Shown in pieces: positions 18,448 through 27,764 of a stretch of 57,183 bases of DNA (position 1 is the stretch's first letter; each line of letters begins with the position of its first letter). Origin of the DNA: Segetibacter sp. (GTDB lineage Bacteria > Bacteroidota > Bacteroidia > Chitinophagales > Chitinophagaceae); NCBI GenBank assembly GCA_031383285.1, contig JANMZN010000514.1, forward strand, positions 1 through 57,183, read 5' to 3'. Both the position numbers and the translations under genes were made by a program. A model generated the notes under the pieces. It was not told where the DNA came from and did no database searches. It was given only the letters and a program-made list of their open reading frames with translations.

Positions 18448-19797
18448 TTAAAACAATCTAAATACTAGCCTTTTAAGAAAATTCGGGTAATATATAGTTA
18501 AGATATTTAGCCTTTTTTTGATATAGTATACCCCAACAATATTCCAAAAAGCTGTACTCACCATTGTAGCAAAAGCAGCCCCGTTAATCCCATATATTGG
18601 GATTAAAAAATAATTCAGCCCAATTGAAATAATCAAAGAAATTAAAATGATGTTCTGCATGATTTTTTGATGGCCAGTCATTTGTAAAAGATAGCCAACA
18701 GATCCACATATTGAACTGATAAATCTACCTATGGTTAATAGAATCAAAGCGGTAGCGCCAATCCCGAATTCTTCACCAAAAATATTTAATATAGTAATTG
18801 GAAATATAATACAAACAAGGCATAAAGGAAAGGATACCCAAAAAATTAGTTTTGTAGATTGTTTGACAACTTTTCTTACTTTATCCAATTGGTTATTTGA
18901 ATAATATTCAGCATATCTTGGTGTAGATACTGAATTGACAGCCATTAATGCCAAAGCAATTGTAGTAGAAATTTTAGAGGCTACGTTGTAAATACCTAGA
19001 CTAGATGTGTTTTTTAACAATGACCCAAGCATTAGAGTATCGGTAAACCCCATAATCATTAAAATAGACATACTGATCATCATTGGTCCTGATACAATCA
19101 ATATTTGTTTTCTACTCATTGAGGGCTCAGAAGGCAAAGAAAAAAACTTACCGTTTACAAACCACAAAATCATAGCAACAATCGAAGCGAACCACAAACC
19201 AATTGTTGTAGCTTTCATTGCTAAATATCCATCTATATTTTGCGATGAAAATAATAAAATGAAGCCAATGAATAATATAGTTGAAATATGGGTAGATGTA
19301 AACCTGAAAAATGCAAAAATTCCGGGTTTTTTCATCCCCTTAAACATTTCTGCATGCAGGTCAATAATAGTTTGGGGTATTATGCCAAGCGCTACTATTT
19401 TTAGAAAAATTTCAAAATAGGGCTTATGAAAAATATAGGCGGCAATAAAGGGAGAAAGAAAGTATAGTAAAGCAGAAAAGAAAATACTGGTAACACATAC
19501 AATGCTAAGTGCCTTGAAGTAATAGTCCTTCATCTTACTATTCTCACCTTTGGAATGAAACTCAGATATAAATCTTATCGACGCCGTATCGACTCCAGTT
19601 TTTGCCAGAATTGAAAAAATCTGAAGTACTGAATATGCAAGCGCATAGTTTCCCCAAGCTTCACTACCAGAACTTTTTGTTACGATAATTGTCAAAAGAT
19701 AACCCACAACCATTCCGGTTATCTTAATACCGAATGTGATGGTACTTTTTTTAAAAAGTTTTCCGAAGTCCTGATCACGAATAGATCGCAGTTTCAT
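18448..19797 (-). CDS. wzx: Wzx flippase (polysaccharide biosynthesis/export, MOP family)
   Basis: About 12 TM segments, WGNYALAYS, TDTLMLG, GIYNVA, LIPIYGINGAAFAT. Confidence 0.88.
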   Translation of the reverse strand: MKLRSIRDQDFGKLFKKSTITFGIKITGMVVGYLLTIIVTKSSGSEAWGNYALAYSVLQIFSILAKTGVDTASIRFISEFHSKGENSKMKDYYFKALSIVCVTSIFFSALLYFLSPFIAAYIFHKPYFEIFLKIVALGIIPQTIIDLHAEMFKGMKKPGIFAFFRFTSTHISTILFIGFILLFSSQNIDGYLAMKATTIGLWFASIVAMILWFVNGKFFSLPSEPSMSRKQILIVSGPMMISMSILMIMGFTDTLMLGSLLKNTSSLGIYNVASKISTTIALALMAVNSVSTPRYAEYYSNNQLDKVRKVVKQSTKLIFWVSFPLCLVCIIFPITILNIFGEEFGIGATALILLTIGRFISSICGSVGYLLQMTGHQKIMQNIILISLIISIGLNYFLIPIYGINGAAFATMVSTAFWNIVGVYYIKKRLNILTIYYPNFLKRLVFRLF

Positions 19798-19843
19798 TAC
19801 TTAAAGTATATAATCTGGTTATACGTGAAAAAAAGAAAATGCA

Positions 19844-22273
19844 TTATGAAAATATTTTCTTTACCCTGTTTTTAAAAGTAATTTTTTCCTTATCATCAGA
19901 GTAATAACCATATCCATATCCATATCCATATCCATACTCACCACCATATCCATTGTAACTGGCTCTACCTTTTACTTCAATATCATTAACCACTATACCA
20001 ATTCTTTTCATTTTCTTGGAGTTAAGGATGTTTTGTGGAATTGAAAGTTGGGCCTTTAAGGTGTATTTATGCCTTACCACATACAACGTCATGTCTGTGT
20101 ACCTGCTCAGTAGCTGAGCGTCCGTTACTAGACCCAAAGGTGGGCTGTCTATAATAATGTAATCAAACTCTTTTCTCAATTCCTGAAACAACAAATCTGT
20201 TTTTTCATGTAGTATTAACTCAGCCGGGTTAGGAGGAATAGGTCCAGATGGGATTAAATATAAGTTACTGTTTGTGCCACAGCTTACAATAATATCTTTG
20301 GGCTGGGTATTCTTCGTAATGATGTAATTGGAAAACCCATTTTTATTGTCAATTCCAAATTGACTAGAAACTTTTGGCTTTCTTAAATCCATTTCCATTA
20401 TTACCACTTTCTTTCCTGAAATAGCCATTACGTTTGCAAAATTGACAGACAAAAAAGATTTCCCTTCCCCTGGCATACTTGAGGTAAACAAAATAACTTT
20501 TGCATCGTCTTTGCTTAAATAAAAATGAATGTTTGTTCTTAACGCCCTAAACTGCTCGGCGATAGAAGATCTCGAATCTTTCATAATTATCAAAGGATCC
20601 TTTGAGTTATTATGGCTAATTTCCCCTACAACAGGTACCTCTGTATGATTAGTTATGTCATCTTTTGAATAAATCCTCTTGTTTAATATGTCTACTAAAA
20701 TTATTCTAACAATTGGAAAAATGATTGCCAAAATAAAAGACAATCCATATATCAGCGCTTTCTTTGGACTTATTGGTTCAAATTCGGATTTAGGCGGATC
20801 AATGGTTAATGAATTAGATATATTTGATGTTTTAGATATAGCCGTTTCCTCTCGCTTTTGCAATAAATAAACATAAAGTGTTTGTTTGATCTGCTGCTGG
20901 CGGGTAAGGTCCAAATAGGTTCTTTCTTGTGCAGGAACTTGTTTTATTTCATTCTCAATACCGCCTGTGCTCTTTTTCAAATCTGTACGAGCAATGAGCA
21001 ATGATTTTTTATTACTCAGCAAATTTTTCAAAATTGCACTTCTCAAATCTTCCAACTTTTGTTGAAGATTTTTTACGAAAGGATTCTCTTTGGTTGAGGT
21101 TAGTTTTAGCTTTTCAAGCTCCAACAATGTTGAGTTATAACTTTCACCCAAATCAGCTAATAATGGGTCTTCGGGAAATACAGATGTAGAAATTATTGAT
21201 TGTTTCGATTCTTTTCGCAAATCTTCTTCCAATGAATTTACGACACTAATTTTTGTCTCGATATCAGCCAATTTCTTGATTAAGTCCCCGCTTCTATCGA
21301 TTAACCCCCTAGATTGTTCTGATAAATCTGCTAACTTATTAAACTGCTTGAAATTCTGGATGCTGCCTTCGACGTTGCTTAGTTCACGAGCAACTAGAAT
21401 TAGTCGGTTTTCAATAAAAGAAATTGTGCTGTCAGCAATTTTATTTTTTTCTACAATGGTTTGTTTAACATATTCATCTATCAAAACCGTTAAGACATCT
21501 TCGCCTTTCTTTGGTAATGGATGAATAAATGATAAGTCGATAGTGGAGATATTAGTACTGGTAACCCCAATTGTGGTTGCGGCCATATAATTAGCAACTT
21601 GCTCATCTATTGATCTCAAATCAAGATAATATTCGCTTGCCAATTCGTCAGTAAAAGATTTATTGAATTCAAATTCAATATTGCCAATATGGTTGATAAA
21701 AATTTTGCTATTATAATTGATTTTTCTTACTACTTCTTGAAGTGATTTTGGTTCCACATAAGAAATAGAAAAGCCACTTCGAGATATATTACTTATGAGC
21801 ACTCTTGTAGGTGCCAAAGAGTCATTTAAGGTAGATTGAACAATTAAGATTGGAGCATCTCTTTGGTAAACTTCTACATCTCTAATTATTCCTTTTCTGT
21901 ACAGAGAAACATTTAGTTGTAATTTCTTTACAACTTTTTCCATCATTATCCTTGTCTTCAATACTTCAGCTTCATTGTCAACATCACTTTTAACTCCCAT
22001 CAAAGTACTTAAATCAGGCAAGTCAGTTCCTAATGTTTTACTTTGCGCTTGATCGTTTATTAAAAGCTTAGCGTTTACTCTAAATTTTGGAGTAGAATAC
22101 CTCATCGCAAGGAACCCCGCTGTTCCGCAAACCAAAAGACTGATTGCAAAAACCCACCAGTTTGAAATAATTCTGCTAAACAACTTATTTAGATCAAAAT
22201 CTTTTTCCTCATTTGGATGGGAATGACTGTTTGATGCCGTATTGTAACTCGTTACATTTCCCGAATTTCGCAT
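19844..22273 (-). CDS. wzc: Polysaccharide co-polymerase / tyrosine autokinase Wzc (GumC family)
   Basis: Two TM helices, coiled-coil periplasmic domain, EQFRALRTN, Walker A SMPGEGKS, DLRKP, IIDSPP, C-terminal Tyr cluster. Confidence 0.93.
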   Translation of the reverse strand: MRNSGNVTSYNTASNSHSHPNEEKDFDLNKLFSRIISNWWVFAISLLVCGTAGFLAMRYSTPKFRVNAKLLINDQAQSKTLGTDLPDLSTLMGVKSDVDNEAEVLKTRIMMEKVVKKLQLNVSLYRKGIIRDVEVYQRDAPILIVQSTLNDSLAPTRVLISNISRSGFSISYVEPKSLQEVVRKINYNSKIFINHIGNIEFEFNKSFTDELASEYYLDLRSIDEQVANYMAATTIGVTSTNISTIDLSFIHPLPKKGEDVLTVLIDEYVKQTIVEKNKIADSTISFIENRLILVARELSNVEGSIQNFKQFNKLADLSEQSRGLIDRSGDLIKKLADIETKISVVNSLEEDLRKESKQSIISTSVFPEDPLLADLGESYNSTLLELEKLKLTSTKENPFVKNLQQKLEDLRSAILKNLLSNKKSLLIARTDLKKSTGGIENEIKQVPAQERTYLDLTRQQQIKQTLYVYLLQKREETAISKTSNISNSLTIDPPKSEFEPISPKKALIYGLSFILAIIFPIVRIILVDILNKRIYSKDDITNHTEVPVVGEISHNNSKDPLIIMKDSRSSIAEQFRALRTNIHFYLSKDDAKVILFTSSMPGEGKSFLSVNFANVMAISGKKVVIMEMDLRKPKVSSQFGIDNKNGFSNYIITKNTQPKDIIVSCGTNSNLYLIPSGPIPPNPAELILHEKTDLLFQELRKEFDYIIIDSPPLGLVTDAQLLSRYTDMTLYVVRHKYTLKAQLSIPQNILNSKKMKRIGIVVNDIEVKGRASYNGYGGEYGYGYGYGYGYYSDDKEKITFKNRVKKIFS
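19908..19937 (-). repeat. Hexamer tandem repeat encoding the Wzc (GY)n tyrosine cluster
   Basis: Plus strand (CCATAT)x4 followed by CCATAC, in frame with YGYGYGYGYGY. Confidence 0.8.
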
Positions 22274-22291
22274 TAGAAATATTATATTTTA

Positions 22292-23113
22292 TTATCTTAA
22301 CAACCTAGCTGCAATAACAATTAACAGCGATATAACCGAACCCATAACAGCCAAAGTTCTAGTTCTGGCCGCATCAGTAGTAGCTATTTTTGCTTCGTTT
22401 GGTTCAACATATATTACATCATTTTGACGTAGGTAAAAGTAAGGGGATTTAAAAAGTTCAGAGGAGTTTAGATTTAATCGTACAAATTGTTTGGCTCCAA
22501 CAGAATCTCTAATGAGCAAGATATTTTCCCTTTTACCATAAATTGAAAGATCACCTGCAAACCCGATCGCATCGAGTACCGAAACCCTTTCATTTGGTAC
22601 GGTATAAGTTGCCGGTTTCATAACTTCACCGATGACTGTAATTTTAAAATTAGCAAATCTTACCTGCACATTTGGCGAAATATAATACTTCTCAGCTTTT
22701 TCACGAATAGCATCTCTTGCTTGAGAAGTACTCATTCCTGCTAATTTTACATCGCCAATAATTGGTATCGATACTATACCATTCTTATCTATCAAATAGC
22801 CCAAAGTAGTTGGAGCTGCATTTCCACTAATGGTGTTTGTTCCACCAATTGGGGCAGCATTAGGCTGGTTTACAGTAGACGAACTTTGAGGATCAATAGT
22901 TTGAATGACAATAGACAAAATATCGTCGGGCTGTATTTGGGGATCTTTAAAGTCACTTATCTTTATCGTTAATTGCTTAATACTATCAGGAATATCTCTA
23001 AAATAAGTGACATTTTTTGTTGTCATACATGCATTAAAATTCAATGCAAATAATATGAATATCGAGTAAACTCCAACCTTAGACAGACCTCTAATTATTT
23101 TGTAAGCTTTCAT
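22292..23113 (-). CDS. wza: Polysaccharide export outer-membrane lipoprotein (Wza family), copy 1
   Basis: Lipobox FNAC, IQPDDILSI, GYLIDKNG, VRFANFKITVIGEV, SPYFYLRQNDVIYVEPN. ATG at 23113 preferred over TTG at 23122. Confidence 0.9.
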   Translation of the reverse strand: MKAYKIIRGLSKVGVYSIFILFALNFNACMTTKNVTYFRDIPDSIKQLTIKISDFKDPQIQPDDILSIVIQTIDPQSSSTVNQPNAAPIGGTNTISGNAAPTTLGYLIDKNGIVSIPIIGDVKLAGMSTSQARDAIREKAEKYYISPNVQVRFANFKITVIGEVMKPATYTVPNERVSVLDAIGFAGDLSIYGKRENILLIRDSVGAKQFVRLNLNSSELFKSPYFYLRQNDVIYVEPNEAKIATTDAARTRTLAVMGSVISLLIVIAARLLR

Positions 23114-23118
23114 AAATA

Positions 23119-24360
23119 TCAATTGATCATACCAGCAGCTACTGTAGCGTTGGTAGTTTCGTCTACTAAAATTATTGAACCAGTGATTCGATTTTTACGA
23201 TATGCATCAAAAGTTAAGGGCTGCGTTGTTCTAATTTTAACCCTTGCTATATCATTCATCTTTATTTCTTTATCGTCTTCTATTCTGTGTAGACTATTGA
23301 TATCCATTTTGTACACTACTTCTTTAATGATAGCTCTAACTTCTTTGGTGGTATGTCTCAAATAATACTTAGCTCCGGGTCTTGGACCTGTAGAACCTAG
23401 CCAACACATCATGACATCTAAATCCTGACCTACTTCACATTGATTATTTGCCTTTACAATCATATCCCCCCTGCTTAAATCAATATCATCTTCCAATGTG
23501 ATTGAAACAGCCATTGGGGGAAATGCTTCTTCTAGAGGTCCTGAAAAAGTATCGATAGATTTGATCGTTGAGGTTAAACCAGAAGGCAAAATAGTTACTT
23601 TATCTGCTGGTCTTAAAATGCCTCCAGCAACACGACCTGCATATCCACGATAATCATGGTACTCAGATGAATGTGGTCTGATAATGGTTTGAACAGGAAA
23701 TCTTGCATCTATATGGTTATAGTCGCTACCAATATGTATAGTCTCTAAGGTATGCAATAATGCTGCCCCTTGGTACCAAGAAGTATTTTCTGATCTATTT
23801 ACAACATTATCACCATTTAGCGCACTAATTGGTATATAACGGATATCACTTACATCAAGCTTGCTAGCAAAATCGGTAAAATCTTCAACAATTTTATTAT
23901 AAACGGCCTCATCATATCCAACCAAGTCCATCTTGTTTATACATACAATCAAGTGAGGAATTTGAAGCAAGGAGGCAATATAGGAATGGCGACAAGTTTG
24001 TTCAACTATACCATGCCGTGCGTCCACTAAAATCAATGCAAGATTTGCTGTAGAAGCTCCGGTAACCATGTTTCTGGTATATTGTATGTGACCTGGAGTA
24101 TCTGCAATAATAAACTTACGCTTCGGCGTAGCAAAGTATCTATATGCTACATCAATAGTAATTCCTTGTTCGCGTTCTGCCTTTAATCCATCAGTCAGGA
24201 GAGATAAATCTATATGCTCTAATCCTTTTCTTTCGCTTGATTGTTTTACTGCAGCAATTTGGTCTTCAAAAATTGATTTGGAATCATAAAGTAAACGACC
24301 AATCAATGTGCTTTTTCCATCATCAACACTTCCAGCTGTTGTAAATCTTAATAAATCCAT
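23119..24360 (-). CDS. cysN: Sulfate adenylyltransferase subunit 1 (GTPase), without fused APS kinase
   Basis: TAGSVDDGKSTLIGRL, EREQGITIDVAYRYF, DTPGHIQYTRNM, NKMD. Confidence 0.96.
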   Translation of the reverse strand: MDLLRFTTAGSVDDGKSTLIGRLLYDSKSIFEDQIAAVKQSSERKGLEHIDLSLLTDGLKAEREQGITIDVAYRYFATPKRKFIIADTPGHIQYTRNMVTGASTANLALILVDARHGIVEQTCRHSYIASLLQIPHLIVCINKMDLVGYDEAVYNKIVEDFTDFASKLDVSDIRYIPISALNGDNVVNRSENTSWYQGAALLHTLETIHIGSDYNHIDARFPVQTIIRPHSSEYHDYRGYAGRVAGGILRPADKVTILPSGLTSTIKSIDTFSGPLEEAFPPMAVSITLEDDIDLSRGDMIVKANNQCEVGQDLDVMMCWLGSTGPRPGAKYYLRHTTKEVRAIIKEVVYKMDINSLHRIEDDKEIKMNDIARVKIRTTQPLTFDAYRKNRITGSIILVDETTNATVAAGMIN

Positions 24361-24383
24361 ATAAGTAAATGTGTTTTTAAAAA

Positions 24384-25289
24384 TTAAAAATAACCTTGAC
24401 GTTTGCGATCTTCCATAGAAGTTTCGGAACGTTTATCATCGGATCTGTTGCCTCGTTCTGTACTACGTGTAGCTGCAACTTCCTGAACAATTTTTTCCAA
24501 GGTATCAGCATCTGACTCTATTCCTCCCGTGATGGTAATATCACCAAGTGTGCGGAAGCGCATAATTTTTTTCTCAATGGTTTCTCCATCGCGCAACCTC
24601 ATAAATTCTGAAACCGGCAACCATGTATTATCTCTATAAACAACTTCCCTTTCGTGTGCGAAATATAGGCTAGGAATTGGCAAATTCTCATGAAGAATGT
24701 AGTTCCACACATCCATTTCAGTCCAATTACTTATTGGAAAAACCCTGAAATGTTCACCCATATTCTTTCGACCATTAAAAATATTCCAAAGTTCAGGTCG
24801 CTGATTTTTAGGATCCCACTGACCGAAATCGTCCCTGTGTGAAAAAAACCTCTCCTTTGCTCTAGCCTTTTCTTCATCTCGTCGAGCTCCACCTAAGGCT
24901 GCGTCAATTTTATATTCTTCTATAGCATCAAGTAATGTAACAGTTTGCAACGCATTTCTGCTCGCATTCATTCCAGTTTCTTCAGCAACTCTTCCTTTGG
25001 TAATAGACTCTTCTACAGAACCAACTAATAATTGAACACCCAATTCATTAACTAGATTGTCACGAAAAACCATTGTTTCAGGAAAATTATGACCCGTGTC
25101 TATATGAATTAATGGCATAGGAATTTTTGCCGGATAGAATGCTTTCCTTGCAAGGTGAGTTACAACAATTGAATCTTTTCCGCCTGAGAAAAGAATAGCA
25201 GGCTTATCAAACTGAGCTACTACTTCTCTTATTACAAATATTGCTTCCGACTCAAGTTCCTGAAGATGATTTAGATTATATTTATGCAT
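24384..25289 (-). CDS. cysD: Sulfate adenylyltransferase subunit 2
   Basis: LFSGGKDS, GGARRDEEKARAKER, WDPKNQRPELW, RFRTLG, SMEDRKRQGYF. Confidence 0.97.
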   Translation of the reverse strand: MHKYNLNHLQELESEAIFVIREVVAQFDKPAILFSGGKDSIVVTHLARKAFYPAKIPMPLIHIDTGHNFPETMVFRDNLVNELGVQLLVGSVEESITKGRVAEETGMNASRNALQTVTLLDAIEEYKIDAALGGARRDEEKARAKERFFSHRDDFGQWDPKNQRPELWNIFNGRKNMGEHFRVFPISNWTEMDVWNYILHENLPIPSLYFAHEREVVYRDNTWLPVSEFMRLRDGETIEKKIMRFRTLGDITITGGIESDADTLEKIVQEVAATRSTERGNRSDDKRSETSMEDRKRQGYF

Positions 25290-25298
25290 ATTGCGTTA

Positions 25299-25895
25299 TT
25301 ACAATTTTAGTTTAGGTAATATATTTTCAAGAATAATTTCTACCGCACGATCTACAGAAGACTCAACTGTTTTTATGTGAATTTCTGGATTTACCGGAGA
25401 TTCAAACGGGGAAGATATTCCTGTAAAATTGCTAATTTCACCATTGCGAGCTTTTCGATAGAGCCCCTTAACATCGCGTTGTTCACAAACTTCAATAGGT
25501 GTGTCTACAAATATTTCCATGAAGTTTTCTCCAATTGCATCACGTACCATTTTTCTATCTGCTTCAAAAGGCGATACAAATGCAGCAAGAACAACCAATC
25601 CTGCATCACACATTAAATTAGCAACTTCGCCAATTCTCCTTATATTTTCAACTCTGTCAGACTCAGAGAAACTCAAATCTTTGTTCAATCCTTTTCTAAC
25701 ATTATCACCATCAAGTGTGTATGTTTTATACCCCAATGCAAAAAGCGATTCCTCAACCTTATTGGCAATGGTGCTTTTTCCTGATCCGGATAAACCTGTA
25801 AACCAAAGGCATGCACACTTGTGCCCCATTTGTGCTTGACGAGCTTCGTGATTTATATTGTACTCGTGTTTAATTATGTGTAGCTTCTCATTCAT
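25299..25895 (-). CDS. cysC: Adenylyl-sulfate (APS) kinase
   Basis: [47 protein letters not shown]. Confidence 0.97.
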   Translation of the reverse strand: MNEKLHIIKHEYNINHEARQAQMGHKCACLWFTGLSGSGKSTIANKVEESLFALGYKTYTLDGDNVRKGLNKDLSFSESDRVENIRRIGEVANLMCDAGLVVLAAFVSPFEADRKMVRDAIGENFMEIFVDTPIEVCEQRDVKGLYRKARNGEISNFTGISSPFESPVNPEIHIKTVESSVDRAVEIILENILPKLKL

Positions 25896-25913
25896 TTACA
25901 AAATCTAATTGCG

Positions 25914-26711
25914 TTAAATAATTTCAGCAACAAAAAATGGATTTAACAAATTTTCCTTATTATAGATCAAGTCATTATTGGTTTCAAAGTTATAAACTCT
26001 GCCACCTGCAGAAACAACAATTGCATGACCGGCTGCAGTATCCCATTCCATTGTGGGTGCTAAACGAGGATAAACATTTGCCTTACCTTCTGCAACTAAA
26101 CACAGCTTAAGGGAACTTCCTGCATTAACCAAATCGATTTCCCCATGCAATTCACTTTTTTGTTTTATAAAAGCCTCTGTTTCTGGTGAAGTATGCGTTC
26201 TGCTAGAAACTATTGAGTAACAGGTTCTACCGCTATCTTGAATTGGTAGTTTTTCGGCGTTTTTCAAATGTTCTTCTAAATTTACATCTAGCTTTTCATC
26301 TGCATCAAAAACAAAACTTCCGCCATCAATTGATCCGAAATACATTTTTTTAGTAACCGGCACATATATTACTCCCATAACAGGAACTCCATCATGGACT
26401 AGAGCAATGTTCACCGTAAACTCACCATTCCTTTTTATAAACTCTTTAGTTCCATCTAAAGGGTCAACAAGCCAAAAAGTCTTCCATCCCTTTCGGTCAT
26501 TGTAGTCTATTGTTTTGCCTTCTTCGCTTAATATAGGGAAATCTGTAGTCTCTAAGGCATCTTTAATTGCTGCATGTGATTTGAGATCAGCTTTGGTCAA
26601 AGGAGATTTATCTTCCTTGGACTCAAAAGAAAATTCTGTATCATAAACTTCAATGATTTCTTTTCCAGCTTTCCATGCTGCTATTATTGCTACAGATAAC
26701 AATTTTTCCAT
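25914..26711 (-). CDS. cysQ: 3'(2'),5'-bisphosphate nucleotidase (PAP phosphatase)
   Basis: SPLTKAD, LSEE, WLVDPLDGTKEFI, GSSLK, YPRLAPTMEWDTAAGHA. Confidence 0.95.
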   Translation of the reverse strand: MEKLLSVAIIAAWKAGKEIIEVYDTEFSFESKEDKSPLTKADLKSHAAIKDALETTDFPILSEEGKTIDYNDRKGWKTFWLVDPLDGTKEFIKRNGEFTVNIALVHDGVPVMGVIYVPVTKKMYFGSIDGGSFVFDADEKLDVNLEEHLKNAEKLPIQDSGRTCYSIVSSRTHTSPETEAFIKQKSELHGEIDLVNAGSSLKLCLVAEGKANVYPRLAPTMEWDTAAGHAIVVSAGGRVYNFETNNDLIYNKENLLNPFFVAEII

Positions 26712-26729
26712 ACTAATAAATTTGTTATT

Positions 26730-27503
26730 TTAAAATACTCTCGTTAATACGATCGCAACTAATGATAAACTACTTAATACAATAGGTAGAACCTGCCTTA
26801 TTGTACTTGAAGAAGAAATTTTAGCCTTATTTGGTTCTGCATACACAATGTCATTTGTTTTGAGATAATAATAAGGGGAGTTAAAAATATCTGAATTATT
26901 AAGATTGACTCGCTTTACAATTCTTTCATTATTCTCTTCTCTAATCAATAATATATTATCTCTCTTGGCATAAATAGTAAGGTCTCCAGCTAAGCCAATT
27001 GCCTCAAGAATAGAAATTCTCTCATTGGCTACCGATACTACGGTGGGTTTAGCAACTTCACCCAATACGGTTACTCTAAAGTTCAAGAACCTAACATTCA
27101 CAATTGGATCTACCAATAGTTTTTTATTGACCAATTTTTTTGTTAAAGAATCAGAGAGTTGTTTTTTTGTAAGTCCTCCAACTTTTATTGTACCTAAAAC
27201 AGGAAATTGAATTGTTTCATCTGCATTTACCAAATAACCTGTCATTTGAGCAGAGGTACCATTAGCTGTGGTAGATGTTACAGTTGGAATATTGGGGGAA
27301 TTGAATAATAGGGTAGCTTCTGGATTTAGACTACTAACAGAAATACTCAAAAGATCGTTTTTCTGAATTACAGGCTGAACCTCCATTAATGTTTTGAAAG
27401 TTGTATCCGCGATATTATTAAAATAGACTACATTTCTAGAACTATTACACGCAGAAAAGAAAAAAACAATAACTATAGAGTTGATGATTTTAGAAAAGTT
27501 CAT
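26730..27503 (-). CDS. wza: Polysaccharide export outer-membrane lipoprotein (Wza family), copy 2
   Basis: Lipobox FSAC, IQKNDLLSI, VRFLNFRVTVLGEV, SPYYYLKTNDIVYAEPN. Start at ATG 27503 (alternative 27533), because the promoter lies inside the longer ORF-track call. Confidence 0.9.
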   Translation of the reverse strand: MNFSKIINSIVIVFFFSACNSSRNVVYFNNIADTTFKTLMEVQPVIQKNDLLSISVSSLNPEATLLFNSPNIPTVTSTTANGTSAQMTGYLVNADETIQFPVLGTIKVGGLTKKQLSDSLTKKLVNKKLLVDPIVNVRFLNFRVTVLGEVAKPTVVSVANERISILEAIGLAGDLTIYAKRDNILLIREENNERIVKRVNLNNSDIFNSPYYYLKTNDIVYAEPNKAKISSSSTIRQVLPIVLSSLSLVAIVLTRVF

Positions 27504-27538
27504 AAAAAAAAACTTAGAAGACACCTTTTTCATAGCGG

Positions 27539-27569
27539 CGAAAGTAATTTGAAAAAGCGATTTGGCAAA
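27539..27569 (-). promoter_or_regulatory. Putative Bacteroidota primary-sigma promoter of the sulfated-polysaccharide operon
   Basis: Minus strand TTTG (27566-27569) - N19 - TACTTTCG (27539-27546). One mismatch to the TTTG-N19-21-TAnnTTTG consensus. Confidence 0.65.
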
Positions 27570-27596
27570 ATACGGGTTCTCAAAGTCACTCAAACA

Positions 27597-27620
27597 TCAT
27601 TAAATAATAGTATTTAATGA
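27597..27620. promoter_or_regulatory. Perfect 10-4-10 inverted repeat, candidate regulator binding site or hairpin
   Basis: TCATTAAATA-ATAG-TATTTAATGA, about 27 nt upstream of the -33 element. Confidence 0.4.
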
Positions 27621-27764
27621 AAATGATAAAATGTTTTAAGTCAAAAATTAATAATAGTAAAGTGAATAATAATGTTTATAATATTAATTTTCTATAATTT
27701 GAGTTCACCAAAAATTTTAATGTGTTTTAATCGTTAAATTTAACACTTTAATTCCTCAAGCTGT

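Noticed and set aside
23119-26711. Housekeeping sulfate assimilation operon
   Set aside because: No cysH, sulfite reductase, siroheme synthase or transporter; embedded among export and sulfotransferase genes.
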